Below, piece by piece: positions 51,601 to 64,000 of a stretch of 64,000 nt of DNA. The position numbers and the translations under genes were made by a program. Each line of letters starts with the position of its first letter. Position 1 is the first letter of the stretch. The DNA is from Adineta vaga (Eukaryota > Animalia > Rotifera): the NCBI GenBank assembly GCA_021613535.1, contig CP075493.1, forward strand, positions 10,141,179 through 10,205,178. Direction: 5' to 3'. A model generated the notes under the pieces. The model ran no database searches, was not told the origin of the DNA, and saw only the letters and a program-made list of their open reading frames with translations.

Positions 51601-52152
51601 ATTGATGATAAGTGGTGAAAGAATTGTTGCTGGAATTGATCCAGTACGAGATAATTCTAATTCAGCTCGTAGACGAAAACTATCATTTTTAATATCTTCA
51701 ATATTAATCGATCGAAAAGATAATTCAGTTTTTTCAATCGTTGAACGAACAATCGCTGGAACAATAACATAGAGTACAATTATAATGCTAAGAAGAATTA
51801 TAAGTAAAGCAATAGCAATACATAAAAGAATAAATAATTTTCGACGCATTTGAAAACCTTCAAAACGACCACACATTGTACAAAGTGTTACTTTTTTCGA
51901 TGATGATTTTATCGGTCTATCCAGCCAATCTATTTCGTCGTCTTCATTAGATGATGATACTAATTCTTGTTTGTCATTAGATGTCTTCAAATTAGTTTTT
52001 ACATAATCCTCGGCAAAGTCTCCAGTAAAATCACCAGCATTGCTACTAGATGTTTTAATGTAAGCTACAGACTGATCTGAAGAATCAGATTTTTTTTTAC
52101 CCATTGATAAATTTATATCTGAAACGAAAGAAATAGTAGAGAATATTTTCAT
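48661..52152 (-). CDS. Very large (about 1,100 aa) single-pass type-II membrane protein built of repeated beta-rich modules; family uncertain (LEA_2 / DUF3712-like architecture).
   Basis: Three collinear exons (51142-52152, 50202-50924, 48661-50181) separated by about 20-220 bp introns. N-terminal cytosolic region, one TM (LFILLCIAIALLIILLSIIIVLYVIVPAIV), then reiterated about 100-aa segments ending in patterns like ...N.S.F.I.L.......G... (e.g. ...IEIGNPSIFNIDLG; ...ISINVTIGNSGVTDVRLEKFEL; ...ITTKMTNPSVVNILDGGRLSLDL). Confidence 0.45.
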
Positions 52153-53791
52153 TAATTAAGCTCTAAATCCAGAAATTGTTTATCGTATGAAATGTATAGT
52201 TTTATAAAAGCCGACAAAGTGTAAAAGAGCAATCTCTTTTCCTCATAATAATATTTAAAATTGTTTTTATTTTATACGCAGTTTTACAGTTATCTGTTTT
52301 AGTTTCTCGTCAGTTCGTTTTCAATCTGCTTCCTAAAGAATCTGCGAATATTGATAACTTTGTTTTTTTTGCCTTGTCTTTATCAACTGTAGATAAAGAA
52401 TAGATGAATTTCATTGATGAAGATGTCGTTACATTTTGAAAAATATTTTAAATGTAAGTGTAGTATTGATATTCGTTTGTTCGTTCGTACTTATATTTAA
52501 AGTTTGCGGACTTATATTTCAGGTATCAACAGAGCACGCCGTAAGTTTTCATTGGCTCCTCTAAATATATTTACATGAATATATACAACAGATTTTTCTT
52601 AGACCATCAATCAGATGACATAGAAATCGAGTAAACCGATAAGGAATACAAAAATGCTTTTAATCAATCGCCAAAAATAATACTTTAATCTCTATATTTG
52701 TATTTTCATCACTTGTAAAGATATACAGGATAAAATGATCACTCCTGAATTATTTTCATTATGTTTCAATCGAAAAAGGTCATACTATCTTCTCAGTAGG
52801 ATCATTCGATTCCCAGATAGAATATCTAACGAAATATCATATATCTAAGCTTGTTTTCTTTCAAACGTAATAAATCTATTAATAATGTCATCTGGTAGCA
52901 TGATATACATTCCATCGAGTAATAAGTTATGAAAATCATGCTAGATTAACGAATGCATCTGGAGATTATGTATATCAAAAAATGGGTGACATATTATGTT
53001 GATCTCATCAGAATTAAAAAGCATCAGTCATTTTATTAAAAATGTTCGATGATTACAAGATGCGTACTTATTATTCATTCCTGTATATCATCATTTTCTT
53101 TCCCGGTTTTGCAGTATAGAAATATTTTTCTCGATATTTTCGAAGAATATATTGGACATCATGTTCACAATACGTCGAATAATTAAACCTCAATACTAAT
53201 CGATGCTTCCTTTTTTATGTATACAAATGTATGCATGCATGTTTGCATAGAGTTTTTCAGTGCACGTTCATCAGCTAAAGACCAAAATGAATAAGAACTA
53301 TCAGTTTTGTACACATCTCTCATGATAGCTTACCACCTAGCGTATGTCGATGTACGAGTTGATATTCTTTCTCACTAATCTGCGTTTTATCTCGTTCTTT
53401 GGAGTGTATCTGCTTATTATTATTATGTTTTTTCACGTGTTTTTGATAAGCCACACCCATATAGTGCCATATATTTCACTCAATAGACATCTCATGTAAA
53501 TAAATTATATTTTTCGACAAATTTTTTAGTTGCATTTTTCTGAATTTTGTTTTTTGGTTGCACTTGAAATTTAAACGTCCTCTCAACATCGTTGACTATT
53601 TCATATTTTTTTCTTTCACAACTACGACTACTTATTTATAGTAACAGCAAAAGAAAGAAGCGGAACGGCAAGAAAAGAAAAGCAACACACTCCAAATAAA
53701 CATATACACTCTAAGCACATGATAGTTATATAACGCAGCATAACAAAATAAATTCATAAGCATTAGTGCAAAGTTATTTTATTAAAATAAT

Positions 53792-55100
53792 ATGTCGCAG
53801 GTATGTAGAATTCAATATATTTGATTACTTATTTTTCATAATATCTTTAGTCAGATAACTTCTCAACGCGTGTTGGTCGAATGCGATGTGGAAGAAAAAA
53901 ACGAAGAAAAGAAGAAGATAAATGCTTGGTATGTGGCGATTCGTCGATAGGAATCAATTTTGGTGTTCATACCTGTTCACCTTGTAAAGCATTTTTTCGT
54001 CGAAATGCTATTAAACTTGGTGTATGTTTTTTTATTTTCTTTCTCTTGTAAAATATATCCGTTGATACTTTATTTCTTTAGACATTCGAATTCATTTGCT
54101 CAAAAAATGGAGATTGTTCGATAACAAGTGATACACGTCGATTGTGCAATTGTTGTCGCTTAGCTAAATGTTTTCGCATGGGTATGGATCGAAATTATAT
54201 TCGTACAGAAGATGAAAAATTGCAAAGAAACCAATTAATTGCATACAATAGACAAAAACGTGCTGAAAACAAAGAAATTGTATGTAATTTTGTTTATTCG
54301 TCTATACTGATGTGATTGTACGTATTCATATTTAGATTAAACCAGTAAATCTATTAAGATATTCGCATGAAAATTATTCATATCTATCAACAAATGATCA
54401 AACATTATTAACAAATATTCTTCGTGCATATGATGAAAGTTGTAATACATTGAGATATGATGAACTTTTAAAGATGCCCAATGATGAAACTTTATCATTA
54501 CAAAGATTTATGAATGGCATGTCACATGTATATCTTGCCTTAGTTAATTATCTTCGACAAGTACCTCAGTTTACTAATTTACCAATCGAAACAAAGATAG
54601 CTTTGTTAAAAAGCAATCTAAATCAAATCATTCGTTTAAATAGTGCATTAATTATACAAGCTACAGGTGCTGTTGAAGATGTTAGTACTGTTGCATTTAA
54701 ACGTGTCTTTCCGGATGATCTATATTCTGAATTATGTAAATGTGTTGCAGGTATTTTTCCATTTGTTTATGATCCAATATTTCTTAAATTAATATTTGTC
54801 GTATTAACTTTTTTGCCCAGTTTAAGTATTCGTTTCGATCTTAATCAAACACTAATACATCCCGAAAATACTTTTACAATTCAGAACATCTATATAGAAT
54901 TACTATGGCGTTATATTTTATATCGTTGTTCATCGTACCGACAAAGTGTTCAACTTCTAACAACATTTATTACTCGACTTCTTCATTCACAGATAGTTAG
55001 TGAAAAACTGAGCGGATTTATTAGTAAAATATCACCAAATCAAGGCAATCAATTAGAACCAATTATGAGAGCAATGTGGCTTGATGAAAAGAATAAATAA
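53792..55100 (+). CDS. Nuclear hormone receptor (C4 zinc-finger DBD + ligand-binding domain); 4 exons.
   Basis: Exon 1 is MSQ (gtatgt donor at 53801). Exon 2 is ...[43 protein letters not shown] (first zinc finger, C-x2-C-x13-C-x2-C). Exon 3 is [41 protein letters not shown] (second finger). Exon 4 (54300-55100) is an LBD with an AF-2-like end ...[15 protein letters not shown]. Confidence 0.75.
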
Positions 55101-55545
55101 TTTAATTTCAAATTAATAAACAGTATTCACATAGCATTTCGAATGAATTTTCATTTCTAACTTCCTCAGTTCGAGTATTCTTCATGTTAAACTCGTTTTG
55201 TTTCGTTTATAATTTATATATAGTGAAAACATGATTTTATCATGCTTGAATTCAACGATTTTCAATGGAAAGAAACTGTTTGGAATTATTGAGAAATCCA
55301 AGCACGTACATATATTTTATCTTTCTCTCTCTCTCCCTTTCTTCCTTTTTCATTGATGATTATTAAAGTTTATCAAGTTATATAAAATCAACCAATGTCG
55401 ACGTTCCACCTGGTCGTTCTATTTGAGCATTATAAAAATGTCAATGCTGTCTTTCATTCTCGCATATGGTTGGCATTCTGTCAGTACAAGTTAGCAGTGT
55501 CTCAATACAAAGTCAAATAACTAACGACTATAGAAGAAAAATATA

Positions 55546-56006
55546 ATGAAAAAGTTCCTTGTGGTATTATTATTTCTAATTTATATACTATATTCAAAAG
55601 CGGAAAAATCAAATAATAAGAAAAAGGTAATGGAATTTTGTTTGATGAGATATTAAAATAGACGTTATCATTTGTAGAATCTTAGATCAATGGATGAATC
55701 ATTCGAACGAAGTAATTAGAAATAGTTTTCTTGATTTTCTAAAAACGTATGTGGTTTTGTTAAGTTAAGAGCTTAAAATATCCAGCAGATCCCATTGAAT
55801 CGGTTCATTCAGATATTCCAGGTGATCCACAGATCAAAATTCGCTTTGCTGGTACGAACGAAGAAGATGATGGGGATGCAACAATTTCTATTGATACTGA
55901 ACCAGAAATAGAAGTAGACGACGACAACGACGAAGAAGATATTACTCCAATAAAGAAAAAAAAACTGCCGAAATCGAAAACTGAAGATATTCATTCTTTT
56001 CTCTAA
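55546..56006 (+). CDS. Small secreted acidic protein; 2 exons, hypothetical.
   Basis: MKKFLVVLLFLIYILYSKAEKSNNKKK (signal peptide) | gtaatg ... ag | ...DPIESVHSDIPGDPQIKIRFAGTNEEDDGDATISIDTEPEIEVDDDNDEEDITPIKKKKLPKSKTEDIHSFL*. Confidence 0.3.
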
Positions 56007-56487
56007 TTTATCAATAAATGCTATGCAGACAATATTGATTATTTAGTCTACAACTCTTGATGAATTCATCAAATAGAGTAGCTACTCTTAAATCCATGAA
56101 TGACATGAGAAAGTATACATAGCGAAACACTAGTTAATAATGAGATTAACATGTTTTTCTAATTCTTAATAAAAGTACTTCGCTATTCTTTCAAATACAT
56201 CGATTTTAATGACTTTAAATTCAGTTATATCAAAATCTTGTACATTGCATTTCATGCTAGATTATTTATTCATATTGAAAAACTATTCTTAATGAAATAA
56301 AGTAAATTAGACTCGTATCGTATCGAATAATAAAGAAACTAAATTGCTTGTTTAAAATAATAGATTTTTATCAAATATATATGCGTAGAATCAATGTTTT
56401 TTACCACCAGACTCGTCTCGACTATAAAAAAAAGATAAAAACAATGAAGAAACTCTCAAATATCAAAAATAATTTCTAATTCAACAC

Positions 56488-57008
56488 TTACCCTGTTGAT
56501 TGTTGTTCACGTGTATTTTTATTTGCATTTAAAATTTTGGAAACTTCTGGACTTTTTTTTACATAATTCGTATAAACATAATAAGAACCAATAACAAGTA
56601 CAATTCCGAGACCAATCGTACCCCACGGAGTTGATGATTTACCCACTGGTGGTCTAGAAAGAAACGATTTGATTTTAATTCCGAACGAATGAGAGATATT
56701 TTATGTAATGAAATTCGATCATTCTCGTTAACTGTTTTTCCTTTTGAAAAACCAGAAGCATAAACTCACGTCTGAGATGATCCACCAGTAGGTTTTGATT
56801 TTGTCGGATCTGTAGACGTTGTTCGTTGTTCAGCATCTCGCATAGCCATATCTGTGCCATCAGCTGATCTTGATGCTTGAGAAAGATTTGCTGATGCACC
56901 TGAAGATTGAACTTTTGTACCACCACCGGATGTATTAGTTGTACTTGCTGCGCGACAAATATAAGCAGCTCGTGATATAATAACTTGTGACTGACGGCAA
57001 AGACTCAT
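56488..57008 (-). CDS. Small single-TM protein; 2 exons, about 135 aa, hypothetical.
   Basis: Exon 1 is MSLCRQSQVIISRAAYICRAASTTNTSGGG...KPTGGSSQ (gtgagt donor). Exon 2 is TPPVGKSSTPWGTIGLGIVLVIGSYYVYTNYVKKSPEVSKILNANKNTREQQSTG*. The N-terminus looks like a mitochondrial presequence (R/S/A-rich). Confidence 0.35.
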
Positions 57009-57215
57009 TATTTGAAAATACGTATATATCTATAATAAACAATAATAAATCATAGATATATTTAATTAATATCAAGAGAAAAAAAAACGAGTACGAATCT
57101 GAAGAGAAACACATTGAATACATAGAAGTTTGCTCAGTTAAGTGGAAAGACATATAGCTGAATATTATCAACCAGTAATTATATATGAAGAGATTTTGTC
57201 CTGAGTATTCTTGTT

Positions 57216-59822
57216 TCAACAAGATTTTTTTTGTTGATTATTACTATTGAAATTAACAATGGAAAATAAGAACTGCATTAATTGACTATGTCGATCTTGT
57301 GATGCTTCATCACTATCATTAATTCGATGTCGAAGTGAACGTAATTCATTGTTAATCATTTCAATCAAATTATGAAATACATTTTCATTGGTTAGTTGAT
57401 TTTGATCAATCATTGATGGTGTTAATAAACACGAATTTCTTTCTGAACTATTTCTTGGATAGGGAGGTTTTTCATCTATATTTGTCTAAAATGCAGAAAA
57501 AAAAGAATTTCAAATCTTCTTTTCTTTTTTTTCTTCAAATATTCGACTAACCTTTATATTCTTAGGAAGTGATTGTTTCGTTGTTAACATATTCGTACGC
57601 TGATATCGAAGAAAAACTGTATAATCAATTTTAATCTGTACTCCATATGAATCTTTTAAAATTTCATTAACATGTATCCATATATAGTGTGATTCAGTTA
57701 ATTTCCAAAATTTAGTCAATTCTTCAACTGTCATACTTTCATCAGTTAAACGAACACGTATACCCAGCCATGGAAGTGTTCGAATCGATTCTGGACATAC
57801 GTAAATATCCGAAAAAGAAACTTTACTTTCATTACCAAAATCAACAAAAAAAATCCAAGCTTGTTCATTTTGAACATCAACGTTTTTCACCCATGCACGA
57901 TAATATTGACCATCGTCAACGTATCGAGCAACAACGAGTCTAAAAGAAAATAGAATGAAACTTCAGGTAGTTCTTTTCTTATAGATAAAAATCTACGTTT
58001 TAACTTGAGGTATTTGAAGATATTCTCGATTTGGTATATGATTTTCATTCAATTCATTAATTGCTCGATCAATAATAGTACTATTGTCATTCATAAGTAA
58101 GACATAAAATGAATCATCTTTTGCATTAAATGAACTAAGTAAAGCTTTGAATTCATCATCAACTGCTAGTTGCATTTGATATCGGAATTGTTCAGTTAAT
58201 TCATCTTCAATTGGTAGTATTTTCTTGAAAAGAAGAACATAATTTAGATATTTAATATGAGAGTAAAACATACTTTAGGTGAAAGTAATCGTTGAATTTT
58301 ATTGTTAATATTGTGTCCATTCTTAAAAAGAAGTATTTTTCCACCGAATGTATCATGAGAATCATTAACAATAACTTCATATTCATCTTCACCAAGTAAT
58401 GTTATACATTGAGTAATAATATCAGACGGTACTAATTTATCTTGTTCGGGTACACCATCGAGATGGCACATTATGGAACAAGCTGGTTCATTATAGAATT
58501 CATTGGGTAAATGACGAATATAGTTTGAATTGATTTCTACCGGAATTTTCATACCCCAATCCAAATAAAGAACCGTTGCTGACGAATAATCAGATAATAC
58601 ATGAAGTATACGACAACGAAACCATCGTCCTTCATGAAAGCATGCACATATTCGATTGATTTCTGGTCTATAAAAGTGTTCGATAACAGAAGATTTGATA
58701 AATGATCAAACGTACTTGAACGATTGAGTTGAAACAGAATTCGATTGAAGATCTGGATGTGCTGCCATTTTATGAAGAAGATAACAAGCTCTTTTGAAAT
58801 CTTCATGTAACATTAGCTAGAGAGAATAGAATAGAGCTATTTTCGATGAAGAAAATAAATAAATAACTAATTAACTCACATGAACAATTGATGAACTTTG
58901 AGGATGCGATATGTGTACTCGTTTTAATTTTTGACCACGTTCTAATGGTTTATGTTCTGGTATATCCATCAGTGCTGATGAGAATGAGGATTTTATTTTT
59001 ATTTGACTATTATTTGTATTCGATGATGAACGTTGTTCAGGATTGATAGAATGAAAAGCAGATGTAGCTGTTTGAATAAGAGATGAAGGTGTTAGTGATG
59101 ATGAATTTGTTTTGAACGAAGAAATATTTTGAAAATCGTTAAGAGTATAATTATTCGCTTTTCTTATCGATGAAGTTGAAGTAAAAAATGCTGACATCGA
59201 TCGAGTTGGTCCAGCTGGTGCAACGATTGCTGTTGGACGTGTTGATATATCAGCAGGAGGTTTTGCTGTTAATGAAATGGGTGGTTTTGATTGATTATTT
59301 ATTTGTTGAGTTTCTATCACAAAAAGTCAAATCTGTTCTTGCTGTGCATGAAAATAGTCTATGAATTTTACCAATATGATTATGACGAATGAAATCTGTA
59401 GAATCAACATGACCAATATCGGGTTTTGGAAACCAATATTCTGATTGTTTATTGTTTGTTGATTCATTCGGTTTATCATTCGTATCATCAATCATATTCA
59501 TTTGAGGTAAGTCAGCTTTTTGACTACAAACATTTGGTTTCGTTTTATTCTTTTGTTGACCATTGACTAATGGACGAAGATTACGAATTGCAGCTTCTAA
59601 ATCAGTATTAATTGTGATTGATGACGATTCAGATGAACTTCGTGATTTAATTGTTAAATCAGTTTCATTTTGATTATCTTCAAATCGTTCAGAATTGCAG
59701 TTCGATATAGATAATTGATTTTCAACATCTGTATCATTATCATCATTTTTTATACGATGAACATGTGTTAAATGAGAACTAATACGAACACTACCACGGT
59801 AGCTACGAATTGGACGTTGCAT
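57216..59822 (-). CDS. Tandem-Tudor-domain protein (TDRD-like); about 6 exons.
   Basis: Exon about 58250-58640: HEGRWFRCRILHVLSDYSSATVLYLDWGMKIPVEINSNYIRHLP (Tudor core: G.W.RA.I......v.fiD.G..e.v....l). Exon 57510-57890: ...VKNVDVQNEQAWIFFVDFGNESKVSFSDIYVCPESIRTLP (second Tudor). N-terminal exons 58871-59822 are Ser/Asn-rich and low-complexity. Confidence 0.6.
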
Positions 59823-59957
59823 TTATCTGAATTTAGACGATCATTCAATGAGCAAAATCAATGAATATTTACTGAAGTTATTTCTTTTATCTAAAAATTA
59901 GCACCATACAAAAAATAGTTCGTTTTTATCCACTGAGAAAATAGAAGTAAAAAAATA

Positions 59958-59990
59958 CAAGTTTAATCATTATCATTATCATTATCATTA
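59958..59990. repeat. (ATTATC)n hexanucleotide repeat; on the minus strand it encodes the (ND)n C-terminal tail of the IMP-like peptidase.
   Basis: cattatcattatcattatcattatc read directly at 59958-59990; translates to ...HDNDNDNDND* on the minus strand. Confidence 0.85.
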
Positions 59991-60057
59991 TCGTGTAATG
60001 TTAATTTTGTTCCGAAACGTTGTGGTGGCCAAATAACGTATAGTGCTAGTCCAGTAA

Positions 60058-60680
60058 CTAATCCTCGGGGAATCTAAAAATAGTATTTGATACTATGTCA
60101 TTTCTTGAAATTAAACTTACACAACCAAAATGACGACTATCATAGCTATCACGTTTATTGTCACCTTCGATCCATATATGACCTTTCGGTACGCGTGTTT
60201 CTCTTTGTTTTATTGTATCACTAGAAAAAGAAAAAAAAGATCTGATCAATGAAATAACTATTTATCTTCTTAAATTAGTTGCTCACTAAATTATTTCATC
60301 TTCTAATGCTTTGACACGTTTAATCATGAAAACACGTGGTTCACGTGGAGATCTAATAAAATCAAAGATATTGTTTGACATAGGAATATCATCGAAAACA
60401 TACTCAAGTGATATTATATCACCTTTTTGTAGACAACTATCATCGATATTCCATCGTTTTATCAATACCCAATCACTATGTAAGCCAGTCGGATTAAGTA
60501 AAGGCTATATAAAATAAACTTATCATCAATAAAGGAGAGAACTTTTAATATACCTGCATGGATTTTCCAGCAACAAGGGATAATGTTGCTACTCTATCCA
60601 TAAAAGTAATAAGACATGGAAGTGAAAAAACAGCACCTTTTAATCCATATTTTAAAAATTCTCCCAATCTCTATTCAGAG
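60058..60680 (-). CDS. Mitochondrial inner-membrane protease subunit (signal peptidase S26 family, IMP1/IMP2-like); 3 exons or more, 5' exon not located.
   Basis: Exons: (R)LGEFLKYGLKGAVFSLPCLITFMDRVATLSLVAGKSMQ (catalytic Ser in the GxSMxP context), then ...DWVLIKRWNIDDSCLQKGDIISLEYVF..., then ...PKGHIWIEGDNKRDSYDSRHFGCV|IPRGLVTGLALYVIWPPQRFGTKL...NDNDNDND* (the S26 'GD...S.DSR.FG.V....I.G......WP' box). Confidence 0.65.
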
Positions 60681-61064
60681 AAGATATATGCAAATCAATA
60701 AAACTCAAAGAAAATCAAATCATCAATCTACCATATCATAGTATTATCAAAATAAAAGCAAAACAATATCAATCTAGAGAAAAAGATTCATTTCATTATT
60801 ATTAATTTCTTATTAAATATTAGTTAAATAAACTGGATAAAATGTAATTGAAAAGCAATGTCAGAACACTCGAAGAAAAAAAAAGAACTAAAACTAGAAT
60901 CGAATGAGATTGAATGTCTCCTATCATAGACAGTTCAATATTTCTTTTCCAATAATTCATTAAACATTTTTTGATTTTATATCATCAAAAACCGTTTGAA
61001 CATTTTGAAAAACCTATCATAAAATAGATGTTAATAGTTTAGAATTATATTTTTATTTGATCAA

Positions 61065-61905
<841 letters not shown>

Positions 61906-62066
61906 GACAATATATTTGTATCTATAAAAAAAAACAATTATCTCTATTTTTTTCACAAAAAAATGTCTGGACATTCATAATCTCAAATTACAAAAGATAG
62001 AAAAAAAATAATTTTTTCAAAAGAAATAACGAAATAATTGAAAAAGTGTAGTGAGAAAAAAATGAT

Positions 62067-63653
62067 TTAATGTTGTTGCACATATTTATCAATTAGCATT
62101 TTCAAATTTTTATTCGAGTAAATTTGTGTGTTTTTTATCGAAATATTCATCATTGGACTTGTTTGTTTTTTTGTAATCCATTCTTCTATAGCTTTTCGTT
62201 CATACGTATAACCATCGCATACACATACTGGATCTGTCATTAATTCATGTGTTATTGGACATAAGAATTCATTTGGTATCGTTGCTTGATCAGTATCAGC
62301 TGATTTGGAATTTTGTTCGTTTTTTTTCGTTGAAATTTGTTGTACAAATAGTTTATGTCTCAATGAGCTAAGTTCATTCAATAACTTTTCATTTCTATTG
62401 AATAAATCTAATAATTCACTATCAGATTTTGACAATAAATCATTTCCTGTTAAATTTAACTTTGTTTTGACATTAAATTGTTCGAGCCATTGATGTACCA
62501 TTTCATTAGTCCATTGATCAATTGGATGTATTTTAAATTGATAATTTTGTGATTTCTTCTCTTCTCTATCTTCGATATCATTTTCATTATCACAATAATC
62601 GATTTTCCATATATTCACCATACGATCATTCGAACCTGATGCTAGATATTGGCCATCTAATGAAAAAGAACAACATGTAACATAACGCGCATGTGCATCA
62701 AATTGATATACAAGATGACCAGTTTCATAATTCCAAATAACAATCGTTTTATCACCTGAACCACTTGCTAAATAATGTTTAATACCAAATGAAACACACA
62801 TAACAGCACACGAATGCTTTTTTAAAGTTCGAATATGTGTTAGTTGATGTTTCGATGATGATGAGCAATGCCAAATTTTTACACAATTATCATTACCACC
62901 CGACGCAATCAGATAGGGTGGATGATGATGATGATGATGATGACTTTCAGTGGATGAAGGAGAAAGAACATCAACACATGTTACACCTAAATCATGTGCT
63001 TCACGTTCAAAATGAATATGACCAGTAAATGAAGAATCAACAGTCCATAGTTTAAGATCACCATAAAATGAACCAGATATAAGTAAATTTGAAAAGAATC
63101 GCAAGGCTACAATCGATGCCGAATGACCAACAAAAGTTTTAACTGGTCGCGAAGATATAGCAGTTATATCCCATAAATTTATTAATTCATCATCACCAGC
63201 TAAAAATCAAATATTGAATTCTTTTTCTTTCGTATGTGACTAAAAAATAAATAGTTAACCTGTTGCTAATAGTACACCATCCAATGAAAATTGACAAACA
63301 CGAATGGGAGAACCACTATCATGTTTATATTCTTTTAATACACTGATTGTTGTTAAATCCCATACAAGGCAAGTTCCATCAGTGGAAACAGATGCCATAT
63401 ATTTTGTTGTTGAATCATTTTTCTCATTGAGAATAGGTGAAAAAGCAAGGCAATGTACTTGATATGTATGTCGCGTTAGTGTTGTTGATGATTGATCATT
63501 TAAATTCCATAGTCGAACTGTTTTATCAGATGAACATGAAGCAAGTAATGGTGAAACTGAATGAGTCGGTGAAAATATAACAGTATTTACATCCGATGTA
63601 TGTCCACGTAATGTCTGAACTAATCGAATGGATACTGGCGAAACGTCACTCAT
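62067..63653 (-). CDS. WD40-repeat + C-terminal U-box protein (WDSUB1-like E3 ubiquitin ligase); 2 exons (63653..63255, about 63196..62067).
   Basis: WD40 blades throughout (GHTSDVNTVIFSP...VRLWNL; ...GTCLVWDL; ...IVIWNYETG; ...NDRMVNIWKI). C-terminal U-box EFLCPITHELMTDPVCVCDGYTYERKAIEEWI. An internal His7 run HHHHHHHPPY is encoded by (ATG)n/(CAT)n at about 62923-62945. Confidence 0.7.
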
Positions 63654-64000
63654 GATTTAAAACAATTGATAAAGAGAAAGTTTTTTAAACGATAACTTCA
63701 AAGTCAGAACAAATAAACAGTCATGATGAATAATAATCATCTACGAACGATATGATGACAAACAAGAATCTTTTTCTTTTTTTAGAAGTCAAACATAAGA
63801 TTGATTGAGAATGAAAGAGACCAATCAAACATATACAGCTTTTCCGAAGTAATTACTGAATAGATGCGCCCTCTTACGATGAGATAACAGGTGAAGAATA
63901 TATTTCATTTTACTGTTAATTGAAATAGTGCGATTGTGTATCATTTAAACATCATGCATCATTATCTATATTAAATTAGCTATTGTCAATAATAAGATTT

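Overview
This window is eukaryotic, almost certainly metazoan, nuclear DNA, not a prokaryotic locus. It is visibly AT-rich and gene-dense. Genes are split by many short (about 45-90 bp) GT...AG introns, with gtaagt / gtatgt / gttagt donors and ttttag / tatag / tttcag acceptors, so most six-frame ORFs in the track are single exons of multi-exon genes. I can support about 25 protein-coding genes, all recognised by conserved motifs in the translations:
- partial SRCR+TSP1 protein
- rhodopsin-like GPCR
- cellular RNA-dependent RNA polymerase (DLDGD motif)
- polypeptide GalNAc-transferase with ricin-B lectin tail
- MOZART1
- long coiled-coil (golgin-like) protein
- TBC1D20-like RabGAP with C-terminal TM
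- SNX13/14/25-type sorting nexin (2xTM-PXA-RGS-PX-PXC)
- vault-PARP (PARP4)-like gene (BRCT - PARP catalytic with H-Y-E - VIT - vWA), followed by an odd composite region: ribosomal-stalk P-protein-like DDMGFGLFD motifs, polyproline repeats, and an HSP70 substrate-binding-domain-like module
- cytosolic fatty-acid-binding protein
- DUF547 protein plus a decayed tandem duplicate (pseudogene)
- high-affinity choline transporter CHT1/SLC5A7
- very large type-II membrane protein built of repeated beta-rich modules
- C4 zinc-finger nuclear hormone receptor with a non-canonical P-box
- tandem-Tudor protein
- mitochondrial inner-membrane signal peptidase (S26, IMP1/2-like)
- UMP-CMP/adenylate kinase
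- WD40+U-box (WDSUB1-like) E3 ligase
- several uncharacterised small genes
There are no rRNA/tRNA genes, CRISPR arrays or transposons that I can support. Several microsatellites are present, some of them coding. The combination of an RdRP, a vault PARP and compact introns suggests a small-genome invertebrate (rotifer-like or similar); I cannot fix the taxon from sequence alone. All coordinates for multi-exon genes are approximate spans (first to last coding exon) derived by hand-splicing.
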